DNA of 63,398 nucleotides, counting the filler, from Octopus bimaculoides (taxonomy: Eukaryota): assembly GCF_001194135.2 (NCBI RefSeq). It is 6 parts of 5 records of this genome, joined end to end, with 100 filler letters (N's around TTAATTAATTAA, not from the genome) between each part and the next. Parts side by side here need not be neighbours in the genome. Positions count along the whole stretch, not along the records: positions 1 to 23,012 come from NC_068981.1; positions 23,113 to 28,267 come from NC_068992.1; 4 more parts are not named here. One strand, given 5' to 3'. Each line of letters starts with the position of its first letter. Position 1 is the first letter of the stretch. Both the position numbers and the translations under genes were made by a program. Shown here piece by piece: positions 12,314 through 23,604 of this stretch. The notes beneath the pieces were generated by a model. The model was not told the origin of the DNA and did not search any database. It saw only the letters and a list, made by a program, of their open reading frames with translations.

Positions 12314-13034
12314 ACATTTGTTCTGAACCCAGGCATTTTGTCGCATACTGATGTCTTGGACCAGATGATACGATTATATATCCCTAGAGTAAAGGACACT
12401 CTTTACTGTGGGCTACCATTGTGGTAGTGGTGGTGGTGGTGGTGATGGTCGTGGTGGTGGATTCTTTTGCTGCAAGTCATGTCCTTAATTGTGTTGTTCT
12501 TGCAGGTTCTGCTACTATACCAGTACAACAAATAAAGATTTCTAAATATTCAATGTGATACATCAACAATATTTTTAACTAATTACTTTTGAAGCTGTTA
12601 GTATTTGAAACCTTTTAACAAAATCGTTTTTGTCTAACTCTAGTTTAGAATTTATTGAAACTAAGAAATGGCAAGATGGCTCATTGCTCTGTGATAGAAT
12701 ATCATTCGTCACTGTACGGGATAATGCTGCCAGTGTCCTCTCTTATCTTTTCTAAACTATTTTAAATGAACTGCTTTTTATTATTACTAGTTACCTACAT
12801 ATATTTTATAAAAATAGTCAATATGTCACAATCAGCAGGATATGAACTATATCAGGACATGTCACTCTTTTAACAAGTAACATCACTACTATTATCACCA
12901 GCCACAAAACAATTATATAAATTATGGAAGCCAAGATCAGTAAAAACAACATGGCCTGTAACACAACTTCTGTTACAGTTGTGATTAATACTTCTACCAC
13001 TGCTATTACTACATTAATTACTACTACTGCTACC
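12099..13034. repeat. Inverted repeat, arms 12099-12261 and 12875-13034 (~160 bp, ~90% identical)
   Basis: Arms aligned by eye; the + and - ORFs share LITTVTEVVLQAML.LLILASII. Confidence 0.9.
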
Positions 13035-13302
13035 ACTACCACTACCACTACCACTATCACCAGCACCACTACTTTCATACTAGAGTAATAGATGCAGCTG
13101 CAAGAACAAAAGAGATACTTTAAACAGAAAGGCTGAGATACTATCAAAATACTGTCACAGATACAAATTATACTAGACAAATTGCAACAACAAAATAGAG
13201 TCTGAGTGATCTACTTAACATAAACAATAAGATTCTATAGGACACTGACTTGCTGCACTGAATCTTACTAGGGATTCTGCTTGTGCTGAAAATATTTCTT
13301 CA

Positions 13303-13470
13303 GCATGGCTGTGTGGTAAGAGGTTTGCTTTCCAGCCATATGGTTCTAGGTTCAGTCCCACTGCAAGAAATCTTGGGCAAGTGTTTCAACTAGAGCCTCA
13401 GGCTGCCTAAAGTCTTGTGAGTGAATTTGGAAGATGGAAATTTAAAGAAGACTGTCACATAGATGTGTAT
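13303..13470 (+). mobile_element. SINE family B head (CpG-decayed)
   Basis: GCATGGCTGTGTGGTAAGAGGTTTGCTT..GGTTCAGTCCCACTGC. Confidence 0.75.
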
Positions 13471-13627
13471 GCATATATATATATATTCTATATATTCTCT
13501 CTCACTCTCTCTCTCTCTCTATATATATATATATGTTCATCCTCCACCACCACCACTTCACAACTGGTGTTGGGGTGTTTACATCTCTGTAACTTAACAG
13601 TTAAACAAAAGAGACCGATAAGATAAG

Positions 13628-13690
<63 letters not shown>

Positions 13691-13744
13691 NNNNNNNNNN
13701 TATATCTAAACACACACACATATATATATACATATATATACATC

Positions 13745-14510
13745 CAAGGCCTCTGCCAGGGGTGTAGCCAGCCCACTTATGCTTGCCTTTCCTACATTGG
13801 ACACTAAACTCCGCTTGTGAAGACTTGTTGAGGCAAGTGAAATCGAACTAAATTCGACGACTGGCACCCGTGCCAACGTCGTCTCCTTCTTTGGACACAA
13901 AACTCAGCTTGCGAAGACTTATTGGGGCAAGTGAAATCGGGATAGCACCTGTGCCCAGCATCGCCTTTCTGGCACTTGTGCCTGTGACATGTGTAAGGAT
14001 TTTCGAGCGAGATCGTGCCAGTGTCCCTGGACTGGCTCTTGTGTGGGTGGCACATAAAATACACCATTTTGAGTGTGGCCATTGCCAGTACCACCTGACT
14101 GACCTNNNNNNNNNNNNNNNNNNNNNNNNNNNNNNNNNNNNNNNNNNNNNNNNNNNNNNNNNNNNNNNNNNNNNNNNNNNNNNNNNNNNNNNNNNNNNNN
14201 NNNNNNNNNNNNNNNNNNNNNNNNNNNNNNNNNNNNNNNNNNNNNNNNNNNNNNNNNNNNNNNNNNNNAAATACACCATTTTGAGCGTGGCCGTTGCCAG
14301 TACCGCCTGACTGGCTCTCGTGCTGGTGGCATGTAAAAGCACCCACAATACTCTCTGAGTGGTTGGTGTTAGGAAGGGCATCCAGCTGTAGAAACTCTGC
14401 CAAATCAGATTGGAGCCTGGTGTTGCCATCTGGTTTCACCAGTCCTCAGTCAAATCGTCTAACCCTTGCTAGCATGGAAAGCAGACGTTAAACGATGATG
14501 ATGATGATGA
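13745..14510 (+). mobile_element. Composite family D SINE-like element with internal duplications
   Basis: GGACAC.AAACT..GCTTG.GAAGACTT.TTG.GGCAAGTGAAATCG twice (~13799 and ~13893); family D tail ends GACGTTAAACGATGATGATG. Confidence 0.7.
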
Positions 14511-14587
14511 TATATATATATTAATGTGAGTTTAGAGGGATATATTATCTGGAGTGTAAATTTGCAATATTTATAATGATAGACAAT

Positions 14588-15238
14588 ATGGAGACTGGTA
14601 CATCCTCAAAATTTATTTCCTTTTATTTTATGGCATGCCATACAGCATATTTTTATGATTACAATGATCTACACATGTTTCTCCTGCACAGAGTATGAGC
14701 AGTTGCATATGCGACCAGGAATAATTTTACAGTATTAGCTGGAAATCCACAGCTACAGAAGTCTCTAAATAACTAAGAATTTAACATGGAACTGTACCAT
14801 CCTAAAACAAAATACATCACAAGAACTATACTTACAATTAAGCTTCTTAAGAACCCATTAACTACAATACACAAATAAGCTGGCTAATACAGTAAGATAA
14901 ACTTGAGCCTAATTAGATATAATCCCAACCACGGTCAGTAACTGGTGAGAAGTGGAGGTCAACCATTGAATTTTACAACCATTTCAGATTCAAACTATTT
15001 TCTTCTTGCTTCTTCCTGAATCCTAATCAATAAATGAATAACTGAATTCAGTTTGCTTTGAGCCAAGCTGGTCGAAAAACCCTGAATTAGCTGCACAGAA
15101 AATTATGCCTGGTTGCGTATGCAATTGCTCATACGCAGTGCTGCAGAAACATGTGTAAGTCATTGTAACCATAAAAATATGCTGCATGACATATTGTAAA
15201 ATAAAAGAAATAAATTTTGAGGATATACCAGTCTCCAT
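14588..15238. repeat. Inverted repeat, arms 14588-14728 and 15099-15238 (~140 bp, ~85% identical); possible foldback element or MITE
   Basis: ATGGAGACTGGTA.ATCCTCAAAATTTATTTC..CAGCATATTTTTATG..CCAGG.ATAATTTT present on opposite strands. Confidence 0.85.
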
Positions 15239-15307
15239 GTGTGTGTGTGTGTGTGTATACGTGTTTTATGTGGATGTATATTAGTGCATGTGTGTACATA
15301 TATGCGA

Positions 15308-15360
<53 letters not shown>

Positions 15361-16379
15361 NNNNNNNNNNNNNNNNNNNNNNNNNNNNNNNNNNNNNNNN
15401 NNNNNNNNNNNNNNNNNNNNNNNNNNNNNNNNNNNNNNNNNNNNNNNNNNNNNNNNNNNNNNNNNNNNNNNNNNNNNNNNNNNNNNNNNNNNNNNNNNNN
15501 NNNNNNNNNNNNNNNNNNNNNNNNNNNNNNNNNNNNNNNNNNNNNNNNNNNNNNNNNNNNNNNNNNNNNNNNNNNNNNNNNNNNNNNNNNNNNNNNNNNN
15601 NNNNNNNNNNNNNNNNNNNNNNNNNNNNNNNNNNNNNNNNNNNNNNNNNNNNNNNNNNNNNNNNNNNNNNNNNNNNNNNNNNNNNNNNNNNNNNNNNNNN
15701 NNNNNNNNNNNNNTCTTAGTTTCAATATCGAATTTCTCATGCTTAGAATTCTTTTAAAAAGCTCATGTGAAAACCCATTCTTTACATTTTTATAGTTCTC
15801 GCCTTGAATAAAACAACTTAATTGTGTTTTATTGAAATTTTCTCTTATTTTGAAGAAAAAGATTATTCAGTATAATTTTATCGATCCATTTTAATGAAAT
15901 GAAACTCTTTATGTTTTATGAATAAAACTATATTTTCATAGCTTTCACTTCTTTTTTTAAATTCGAAATTTTACCCCACTTTTGGGCTTTCATTGTTTTC
16001 TGTTTTTTAATCTTTTGGTTAGTTTGCATGTTTTTTTCTTTTTAAATTTCTTTCTTTGCTTGTTTCCTTGTTTTTTAATTTCTTTTTTTCTCTTAATCTT
16101 TCTTTCGTTAATCATTATTTTTAAAAATTGTATTTATTTATTGATTAATTTATTTTTGTCTGAGTTGAGTTTGCAAATTATACAATTTGCTGTTTTGTTA
16201 TTTAGGTCCAAAATACATGATAGAAGAAATAAATATTCCAAAATGGATATTATAATTTTTCTTATCATCATCACTATGGCTTATATATATATATATATAT
16301 GTATGCGTATATGTATGTGTGTATGTATGTATGTATGTATGTATGTATAAAGATCTATTACAAATGCACTTAAGTCAAC

Positions 16380-17527
16380 ATTTCTGATTTACTTGAAATC
16401 TAAAGCTAGCATCATTAGTTTCATATTCAATATTTTTGAGAGAAAATATAGCTTGTTGTTCATAGAACATCTTCGTACTTCAAGAACAATTTTGCATTTC
16501 ATGAGCATTTAAGCTGTTGTGTGGGCATTCATTACAGCGTAAGCCAGTGTCAATGGTGGTTCCAGAAATTCTGAGCTGGAAACTACAGCCTACAAGATGA
16601 GCTTTGTTCTGGAAGATCTGTAGAGCTTGATGAGGATGTTCTGCAAACCCTGGTGGAAAAAAATTCCATAACTGTTGAGGAACTAGCAAAGAAGCTTGGA
16701 TTTGGTCATTCAACCATTCATCAACACTTGTGTGCCATCAGAAAAGTCAGCACTTCGGGTGAATGGGTTCCTCACAAACTTTTCAAGTCTAATCACGCGC
16801 AGAGAGTGAATGTGTGCTCTTCTTTGCTGTCTCGTCTCTTGAATGAACCTTTTTTGGATTGAATAGTGACTGGTGACGAGAAATGGGTTCTGTATAAAAA
16901 TGTCAAGTGCCAAAGACAGTGGATAGGGAAAGGAAAAACACCTGCACCCCAGGATAAAGAAGGTCTTCACCCATGTAAGGTGTTGTTATCTGTTTGGAGG
17001 GATATGAAAAGTCTAGTCCACTTTGAACTTTTTAAACCCAAGCCAAATGATAACAAAAGAGATCTACTCTGAGCAGCTTGAGAGGCTTAAGTCAGTGCTA
17101 GAAAGAAAATGACCATCTTTGGTTTCAAGATGAAAGGTGTTCTTCCATCAGGATAAGGCTCAGCCACATACAGCGAGCATGACATTCCAAAGGCTGGAAC
17201 AGTTTGAATGGGAAACGATACCCCACCCACCATATTCACTGGACATTGCCCCATCTGATTATTATTTATTCTGCAATCTTCAAAATCATTTGGATAGGAA
17301 AAATATGAATTCTGTAGACAAAGTCAGAACAGAACTGGAGGAGTATTTTTTTGTCATGGTCAAGTGAATTTTGGAAGAGAAGCCTTGCAAGTCTACCAGA
17401 TAGATGGAAGAGCATTGTAGAAAATGAAGAAGAGTTTATTTTAGATTAAAAAAGAGCTTTGTTTATCTTAATTTTGAAAAATAAAAGAAGTATAAAAAAA
17501 CCCACATTATTTATGGGATGACCCAAT
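16380..17527 (+). mobile_element. Decayed mariner (D,D34D) transposon; transposase pseudogene
   Basis: QCQWWFQKF*AGNYSLQDE..GRSVELDEDVL (HTH region), WVPHKL, IVTGDEKWVLY, FHQDKAQPH, HPPYSLDIAPSDYYLF; right TIR ..CATTATTTATGGGATGACCCAAT; stops and frameshifts; left TIR not found. Confidence 0.95.
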
Positions 17528-17559
17528 TGAAAGAATATTAATGATTAAACAGTGAAAGA

Positions 17560-18290
17560 TTTGCAAATCAGTCAATTGATACATTTTAGATTGTGGACTA
17601 AAATGTATCAGATATTCGAGCAGAATTCTACTCAGGAGGGCACTTCTACCTTGTTTAGAGTTAGCAGCTATTCAGAGTTGAAATAGATCCTGGTGTTGAA
17701 AATAAGTCTAGGCCATGTAACATGGATTTGATTCTGTTATAGTTGTGTGAACACATGAAAGGTCATCAGAAATTGCAATGAGGAAGTTTGTGAAAATTTG
17801 AATTGTATGTCATGTATGAGGAAGGTGGGTGTTGTTTTGTAAGTGTATTTCATATTTGTAGTGGCTGTCTTTTGTTGCTATTGAAAGAGAAAGTGACCAG
17901 CTTGTCATATCTCCACAGGAAGATGTTATGAAGGTCATTATTCAGGGAAATAGAATATGTCTGATATGAGGTTACTAGATTACATTTTAACGGCGACTGT
18001 GTGTGGAAGAGTAAGTTATCAATGAATGCTTGAAGATGTAACCAATATAGGAATGTGTTTTGCTGGAAATAATAGTGAATCGGACATTAATGTAGAGAAA
18101 GAACTTATGTGTAGGGTACTTTACCAAGCCAGAGGACACACCAGAGTTAATAGAAAATGGTTTAGATAGGTCTCTGTTGATATATATGTTGCAATGTTGC
18201 ATTCTAACAGGTCCTTATAATTCGAGAAATTAGAAATGAGTGGAACCCTTGGGTGGGTAGGTTTAGTTGGGGATTTTAACCCAGTAAAAT
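17560..18290 (-). mobile_element. Degenerate CR1/L2/Jockey-group LINE reverse-transcriptase fragment
   Basis: SKPFSINSGVSSGLVKYPTHKFFLYINV resembles SxPFxIxSGVPQGSxLxPxLFxLYIND; followed by LNNDLHNIFLW. Confidence 0.6.
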
Positions 18291-20377
18291 TTGGACTAAA
18301 GCCACCCTTTCCCCCCATCAAATACTACCCCATACTTAGCTGAGGTGGGTAGGGGTGGGTTTTTTACCTTTTTGCTTTGCCTTTTTTTATTTTTTTTCCA
18401 GTTGTGCAAGTTGACAACCTCACAAGTGCTGGTGGCACAAAAAAAAAAAAAAAAAGTACCCAGTACTACACAATAAAATAGCTGACATAAGGTAGGACAT
18501 TCAGCTTTAGAAATCAAACCAAAACAGAAAATGGAACACAACACAGACCTGTGGCTTTCCACACCCTGTTAAACTGTTTGACCCATGCTAGCATAGAGTA
18601 CAGACAACAATGATGATGATGACAATGATGATGGTGGTGGTGGTGGTGGTGGTGGTGGTGGTGGTGATGATGATGATTTTTATGCTAGACATGGTTGAAT
18701 GCATTGTTGATGACAAAAGCAACATCAGTATTATTGCTAGATTCACAAGGGTTAAAAATTTCTAAATGTTTATGATGTAAAAAATTCTTGCATTTCCAGC
18801 CACATCTTTATGAGAACAGTCTGATATCATAAGTTCTGGAGTGTTACATTTTGTGAAAGCCACATCTCCCTTTTTCAACAGGGCAATTAATCTACAGTAT
18901 ATTTGGTGTCTAGAAACAAGTCTGCAGGAATTTTGATATGTTCATGACCTTAACCCTAAACTTGATTCTGTGACCTACTCCACTGATGCCAAACAATACT
19001 TCCCTCTCTAAATAATAACAGTTACACTACTGCTCCCACCATTTCCACTACCACCATCACCACCAGCACCATTACACCACCATCACCACCATCATCACCA
19101 TCACTACCACTGTCACCACCATCACTAACACCATCACTAAACAAACGTTTCTATAGTACAATAATTTGTCCAAATAGAAAGTCCTTCACCNNNNNNNNNN
19201 ATCATAGGGTTAACAAATTCCCAATTGCATTTCCATCACCATCTTCCTCGTCATTTTCACACCTAACAGGGATGGAACTGGTCTACAACATTGCATATAG
19301 CTTCACATTTCAATTCTCCATCATCTTGTCTGTGAGACCCAATACCAGAAAACAAAGTGGAGGAAATAACTCTAAGTAGCTGTCAGTGGCTAGTTAAATA
19401 TATATTTGTGGCTATGCTATGCAGAGATTTCATTTATTTATTGCTTATTCAAATGACATAGCTACTAAAGTCTGATGTATGTAAAAGTAATTCAAACAAA
19501 CGTTTCTATAGTACAATAATTTGTCCAAATAGAAAGTCCTTCACCCATAGCACAATCTGCACTTAAGCTTTATCTTAAAGCACAATTTTCATTGTTTTAT
19601 GTATATTGGCAACAAAGTGAATATTATTTCTACTCATCAAACAAAAGCATGCGATGAATACAGAGATATCTTTGTTATTATAATAAGGTCAACTCAAATT
19701 TTTTATGAAACACATGACATTTGCTTAACACTTTTGTTATTAACCTGCCGAAGACTCTCGTTGGATTTCTAACACACAATTTCTATTTTAAAGTAGTCTA
19801 ATTAAAACCTATTCTTTGTTATTTTAAGAATTAACTGAAACAGTGGCAGTGTAGTTTAACAGAAATATGGTAATAAAAGAACGAAATGGCAGTACATAGT
19901 AAATTTGTTACGAGTGAAAAATAAGTGAAATAAGCATAATTTGTGTCAAAGATGAAGCAAAGATGACTGAGTTAACAGGGTACCTATCAGACAACTTGTC
20001 TGAGTGGCTGACAATTTCTGTCTAACCATCAGTGTTGTATCATGTCTGTGACTAAGATAATTAGCACCAAATGGTCAAGAGCCCAAATTTGGGTGACATA
20101 ATTTCCCACTATAAACAATATAAATTGTGTAGGTTTGATACGTGGCATGTTAAATAGGGATATCGAGTTTCGTTCAAGCTGCAGAAAATATAACTTGCAA
20201 TGGAAACAATATCAACTTCATAAGATTTATCTTTCATTTAAAAATACTCCATCATACATCTTTGATCTAAGCACTTCATTTTTCATTTCTCTACATCTCT
20301 ACAGTAGGCTAAATTATAAAAAGACTTTTACTTTTCCCTATGTGCATATACATATACATATATATATATACATATAA

Positions 20378-20815
20378 TTAAGGGATCAGAAAAATATTTG
20401 CTTCACCATATACCGAAGTTCAGAAAATAGCAGCTAAGAAAGCTGAGAATCTCACAGATAGCATCACTTGTAACTCACAAAGGCAAAAACAAGAAGAAAA
20501 AACAATGAAAAACTAACCAATTCAGATGATTAACAACAGACGCGTTTCAGGATTATGATTAATAATTAACAATTAATAATCAATTTCCTTCATCAGTACT
20601 GTATTCCAGTAGTAAATTTGACTATGCTAGCAAACCCTGCAAGCATGGACTGGTAATTCCACACCGATACAGATCAGAAAGCATAACCGAATTCACCTCG
20701 GTCAGCTAGTCTAACTGTCCCCTCCTCAAGAAATTACCATGTGCGCGACAAGTGATATCGCAGAGAAATCTGCGTATACTAATCTGGAGTGAATAATTAT
20801 TACAAATTAAAAGGG
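20378..20815 (-). mobile_element. Short hammerhead-bearing element, probably derived from a Penelope-like pseudo-LTR
   Basis: Follows a (TA)n tract, retains CpGs in a CpG-poor region and contains the ribozyme at 20533-20602; boundaries approximate. Confidence 0.5.
20533..20602 (-). ncRNA. Minimal type-I hammerhead ribozyme (GUC site, predicted cleavage between 20539 and 20538)
   Basis: ACAGUA CUGAUGA AGGA..UGAUUA..UAAUCA..UCCU GAAA CGCG UC UGUUGU: 6-bp stem I (two G-U pairs), long AU-rich stem II, palindromic GAAACGCGUC stem III. Confidence 0.8.
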
Positions 20816-20884
20816 TAAAGGATTATCAATTTATTAATTAATAAATCAATTAATAAATAAATCAATTAATAAATAAATCAATTA

Positions 20885-21200
20885 ATAACATCATCATCAT
20901 CATAATTTAACATCTGCCTTCCATGCTAGCATGGGTAGGACAGTTTCACAAGAGCTGGCCAGGCAGAAGCCTGCACCAGACTGCTGTGACTGTTTTGGCA
21001 GGATTTTTATAGCTGGATGCCCTTCTTAAAACCAACCACTCAGCAGAGTGGACTTAGTGTTCTTTATGTGGCACAAGCACAGGCAAGGTCAGTTTTGACA
21101 AGGTTTTCACAGCTGGATGCCCTTCTGAACACCAATCCCTTTACAGTATGGACTGGGTGCTTTTAAGTGGCACCTGCACTGACAGGGTCATCAAGTACAT
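20885..21200 (-). mobile_element. Family D SINE-like copy with duplicated GCTGGATGCCCTTCT module
   Basis: CATCATCATAATTTAACATCTGCCTTCCATGCTAGCATGGG tail. Confidence 0.7.
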
Positions 21201-22083
21201 GCAAGACAAAAAAAAAAAACACTTTCAAGAGAGGAGTGGGCATTGGAGGCATCTTGTGTGGGAGAGTGAGACAGAGAGAGACAGAAACAGGTGTCTTGCT
21301 GTAGAGGAAGTACAAGGTTGCACAGCTGGAGAGAGAGAGAGAGATCAGGAATGAAGACAGAAACAGTTGTACTACGGCAAAGGAAATACATGGTTACCTA
21401 ACCTGAGGGAAGTGCAGGAGAAGGAGCAAGAGAATGGGAGACAGCAGGATAGAAATGGTGGCAAAATGCCAGGCATACTCACAAGGGAAGGGGATCAGAA
21501 TATAAATGGGATGGTTGAGTAAAGGAAGAGAGAGATATAGATGGTGGCAAGTGGCACGATATTGCGAAGGAGTGTGATTAAAGAGTGTGGAAGGGGTGGG
21601 AAGTGAGTGGCGAAAACCTGGGTATATATAGAATTGGGGGTGGGGGCTATCAGATAGCAATGATACTGAGGAACAGGGCTGTGAGGACAGGATTGGGAAG
21701 TGAGAACTAGGCATAGTGTACGAAGGAGGAAATGTGAAGAAGAGAAGAGATGTGGAAATGTAGATTGGTTTGTTGGGGTAAGGTGAATGAAAAGTTTTCT
21801 TGCTATGTGTGAGTGGAACACACAGGTTGGGGGCTAGCAGATAGCAATAATACAATGAGACAGGGCATATGGGTGAAACACAAAGGTCGGGGGGGGGGAC
21901 TAGCAGAGAGCAATGACACAGTGGCACAGAGCCAGGAGAACAGGAGTGATGAGTGAGAGATAAGCATAGTGCATGAAGCAGAAATGCGAGGAAGAGAAAA
22001 GATATAGAGATGTAGTTTGGTTTGTTGTAGCAGGTGAGAAGTTTTCTTGTTAAGTGTGGGTGGAACACACAGCGCTTCTAGAA

Positions 22084-22985
22084 CATAATTTCACTGACAT
22101 GGGTGGGTCTTCTCTAGAACTTCATATCACCAGACATCTTGCTATTTCCTCAGTGAAGCCCAGCATCTTAAAATCAGTCCTTACCACTTCATCCCACATT
22201 TTCCTCCTGGGTCTCCCTCCTCTGCGGGTGCCATCCACTTTCAGTGATTGGCACTTATTTATGTAGTTGTCCTCATTCATACGCATCACATGTCCAAACC
22301 AACGAAGTCTTCTCTCTTGCATGCTACATTTGATTCCTCTTATGCCCAACTTTTCTCTCAATACATTTGCACTTTGCCGTACATGTACACTGATGTTGTA
22401 CATCCAATGGAGCATACTACCGTCATTTCTCAGTAGTCTACACGTGTCTTCTGCATTCAGAACCCATGTCTCACTATCATGGAACAGCCTACCTTTCACT
22501 CTGAAAGAGAGTCCCTTTGTTGCTAACAGAGATGATAGCTTTCTGAACTTCCTCCACCTAATTCTTATTCTAGAAATAATACATTCAGAGTATCCTCCAC
22601 CATTGCTAATTTGGTCACCTAGGTAACAGAAACGATCTACAACCCCAAGAGAGCCTCCTGGGTATTTGAGAGAATCTAAGTCCTGTGTGCTCTTAGTGCT
22701 TATTGTTCCTGCACATCTGCCACATACAGAAACAGCATTATCTGTTAATCTACTTGTAATTCCACTGCACCTCTTATGTGTCCATAGCTTATACTAGGTG
22801 CAGCAAATGGACTTTCTTCCAACTTCTTTCCTACATACTGAGCAGGGCCATTTACCTCACAGAAAGAGAGTTTTATCTTCTTTCTTACTAGCAACAACTT
22901 TTGATCTTAGCTAGGTTAACTTTAAAGCCTTTTGATTCCAGGTTTTGTTTCCATACCTGGAATTTCTTCTCCAATTATGCCAAAG
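22084..22985 (-). mobile_element. RTE-clade LINE ORF2 3' fragment
   Basis: VVDRFCYLGDQISNGGG..SRIRIRWRKFRKL..VKGRL..SETW..LREKLGIRGI..QERRLRWFGHVMRM..GRPRRKMW, plus a Cys-rich insert (CKLWTHKRC); 5'-truncated at a gap. Confidence 0.9.
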
Positions 22986-23012
22986 ATTTTGCACTCTCTC
23001 TCTCTCTCTCTC

Positions 23013-23112
23013 NNNNNNNNNNNNNNNNNNNNNNNNNNNNNNNNNNNNNNNNNNNNTTAATTAATTAANNNNNNNNNNNNNNNNNNNNNNNNNNNNNNNN
23101 NNNNNNNNNNNN
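23013..23112. other. Artificial 100-bp scaffold join (44 N + TTAATTAATTAA + 44 N); same spacer at 28312, 35516, 49523 and 58952
   Basis: Identical six-frame-stop 12-mer centred in N runs five times. Confidence 0.95.
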
Positions 23113-23129
23113 TATATATATATATATAT

Positions 23130-23322
23130 GGGAGAATATACAAATAATAACAACAGACGAGGACAGGTGGTGTAAATAACAAAAGTATATATTAGTATGA
23201 CGCTCGGGAATACGGAAAGTCTTTGACGTTTCGAGCTACGCTCTTCAACAGAAAGAATACGGAGACAAGGAGAAAAACACGGAGAAAAAAAATTGAATAG
23301 TGTTCAGTCAACGGTCAATCAT
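23130..23322 (-). mobile_element. Short element between (TA)n tracts carrying a hammerhead-like fold; probably Penelope-like-derived
   Basis: Unique ~190 bp bounded by TA repeats; contains 23220-23256. Confidence 0.55.
23220..23256 (-). ncRNA. Hammerhead-like fold with CUGUUGA core variant (GUC site)
   Basis: UCUUU CUGUUGA A GAGC-GUA-GCUC GAAA CG UC AAAGA: perfect 5-bp stem I, 4-bp stem II, palindromic ACGU stem III; A6 replaced by U. Confidence 0.65.
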
Positions 23323-23561
23323 ATATATATATGCATGCATGAATGTATGTATGTACGTGTGTGTATATTTGCATATTAAGACAGAATGAACACGCAAAAT
23401 ATATCATATCGCATCACCCAACAATATTTAATATATAATTTCAACCTACCTACAGAATACTTCGAGTAAATAGTTAGTCTCTTACAACTATTTGAGGAAA
23501 TGTTAAGCATGAGGATCGCATGCTATAGAATAAAGTTTTCCATGTAACGTAACCCGTCATC

Positions 23562-23604
<43 letters not shown>

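Noticed and set aside
12506-12558. Exon-like blocks with good acceptors (12506 +, 44323-44404 +, 39425-39505 -, 36039-36220 -, ~9440 -, ~11078 -)
   Set aside because: Isolated splice-like signals arise often in AT-rich DNA; the peptides are unrecognisable and do not chain into a gene.
19140-19545. ~50-bp direct repeat (19140-19190 and ~19496-19545)
   Set aside because: The first copy abuts a 10-N gap; most likely a contig-end assembly artefact.
23057-23068. Recurrent TTAATTAATTAA motif (five copies)
   Set aside because: Always centred in 44+44 N; an artificial six-frame-stop scaffold spacer, not biology or a CRISPR-like repeat.
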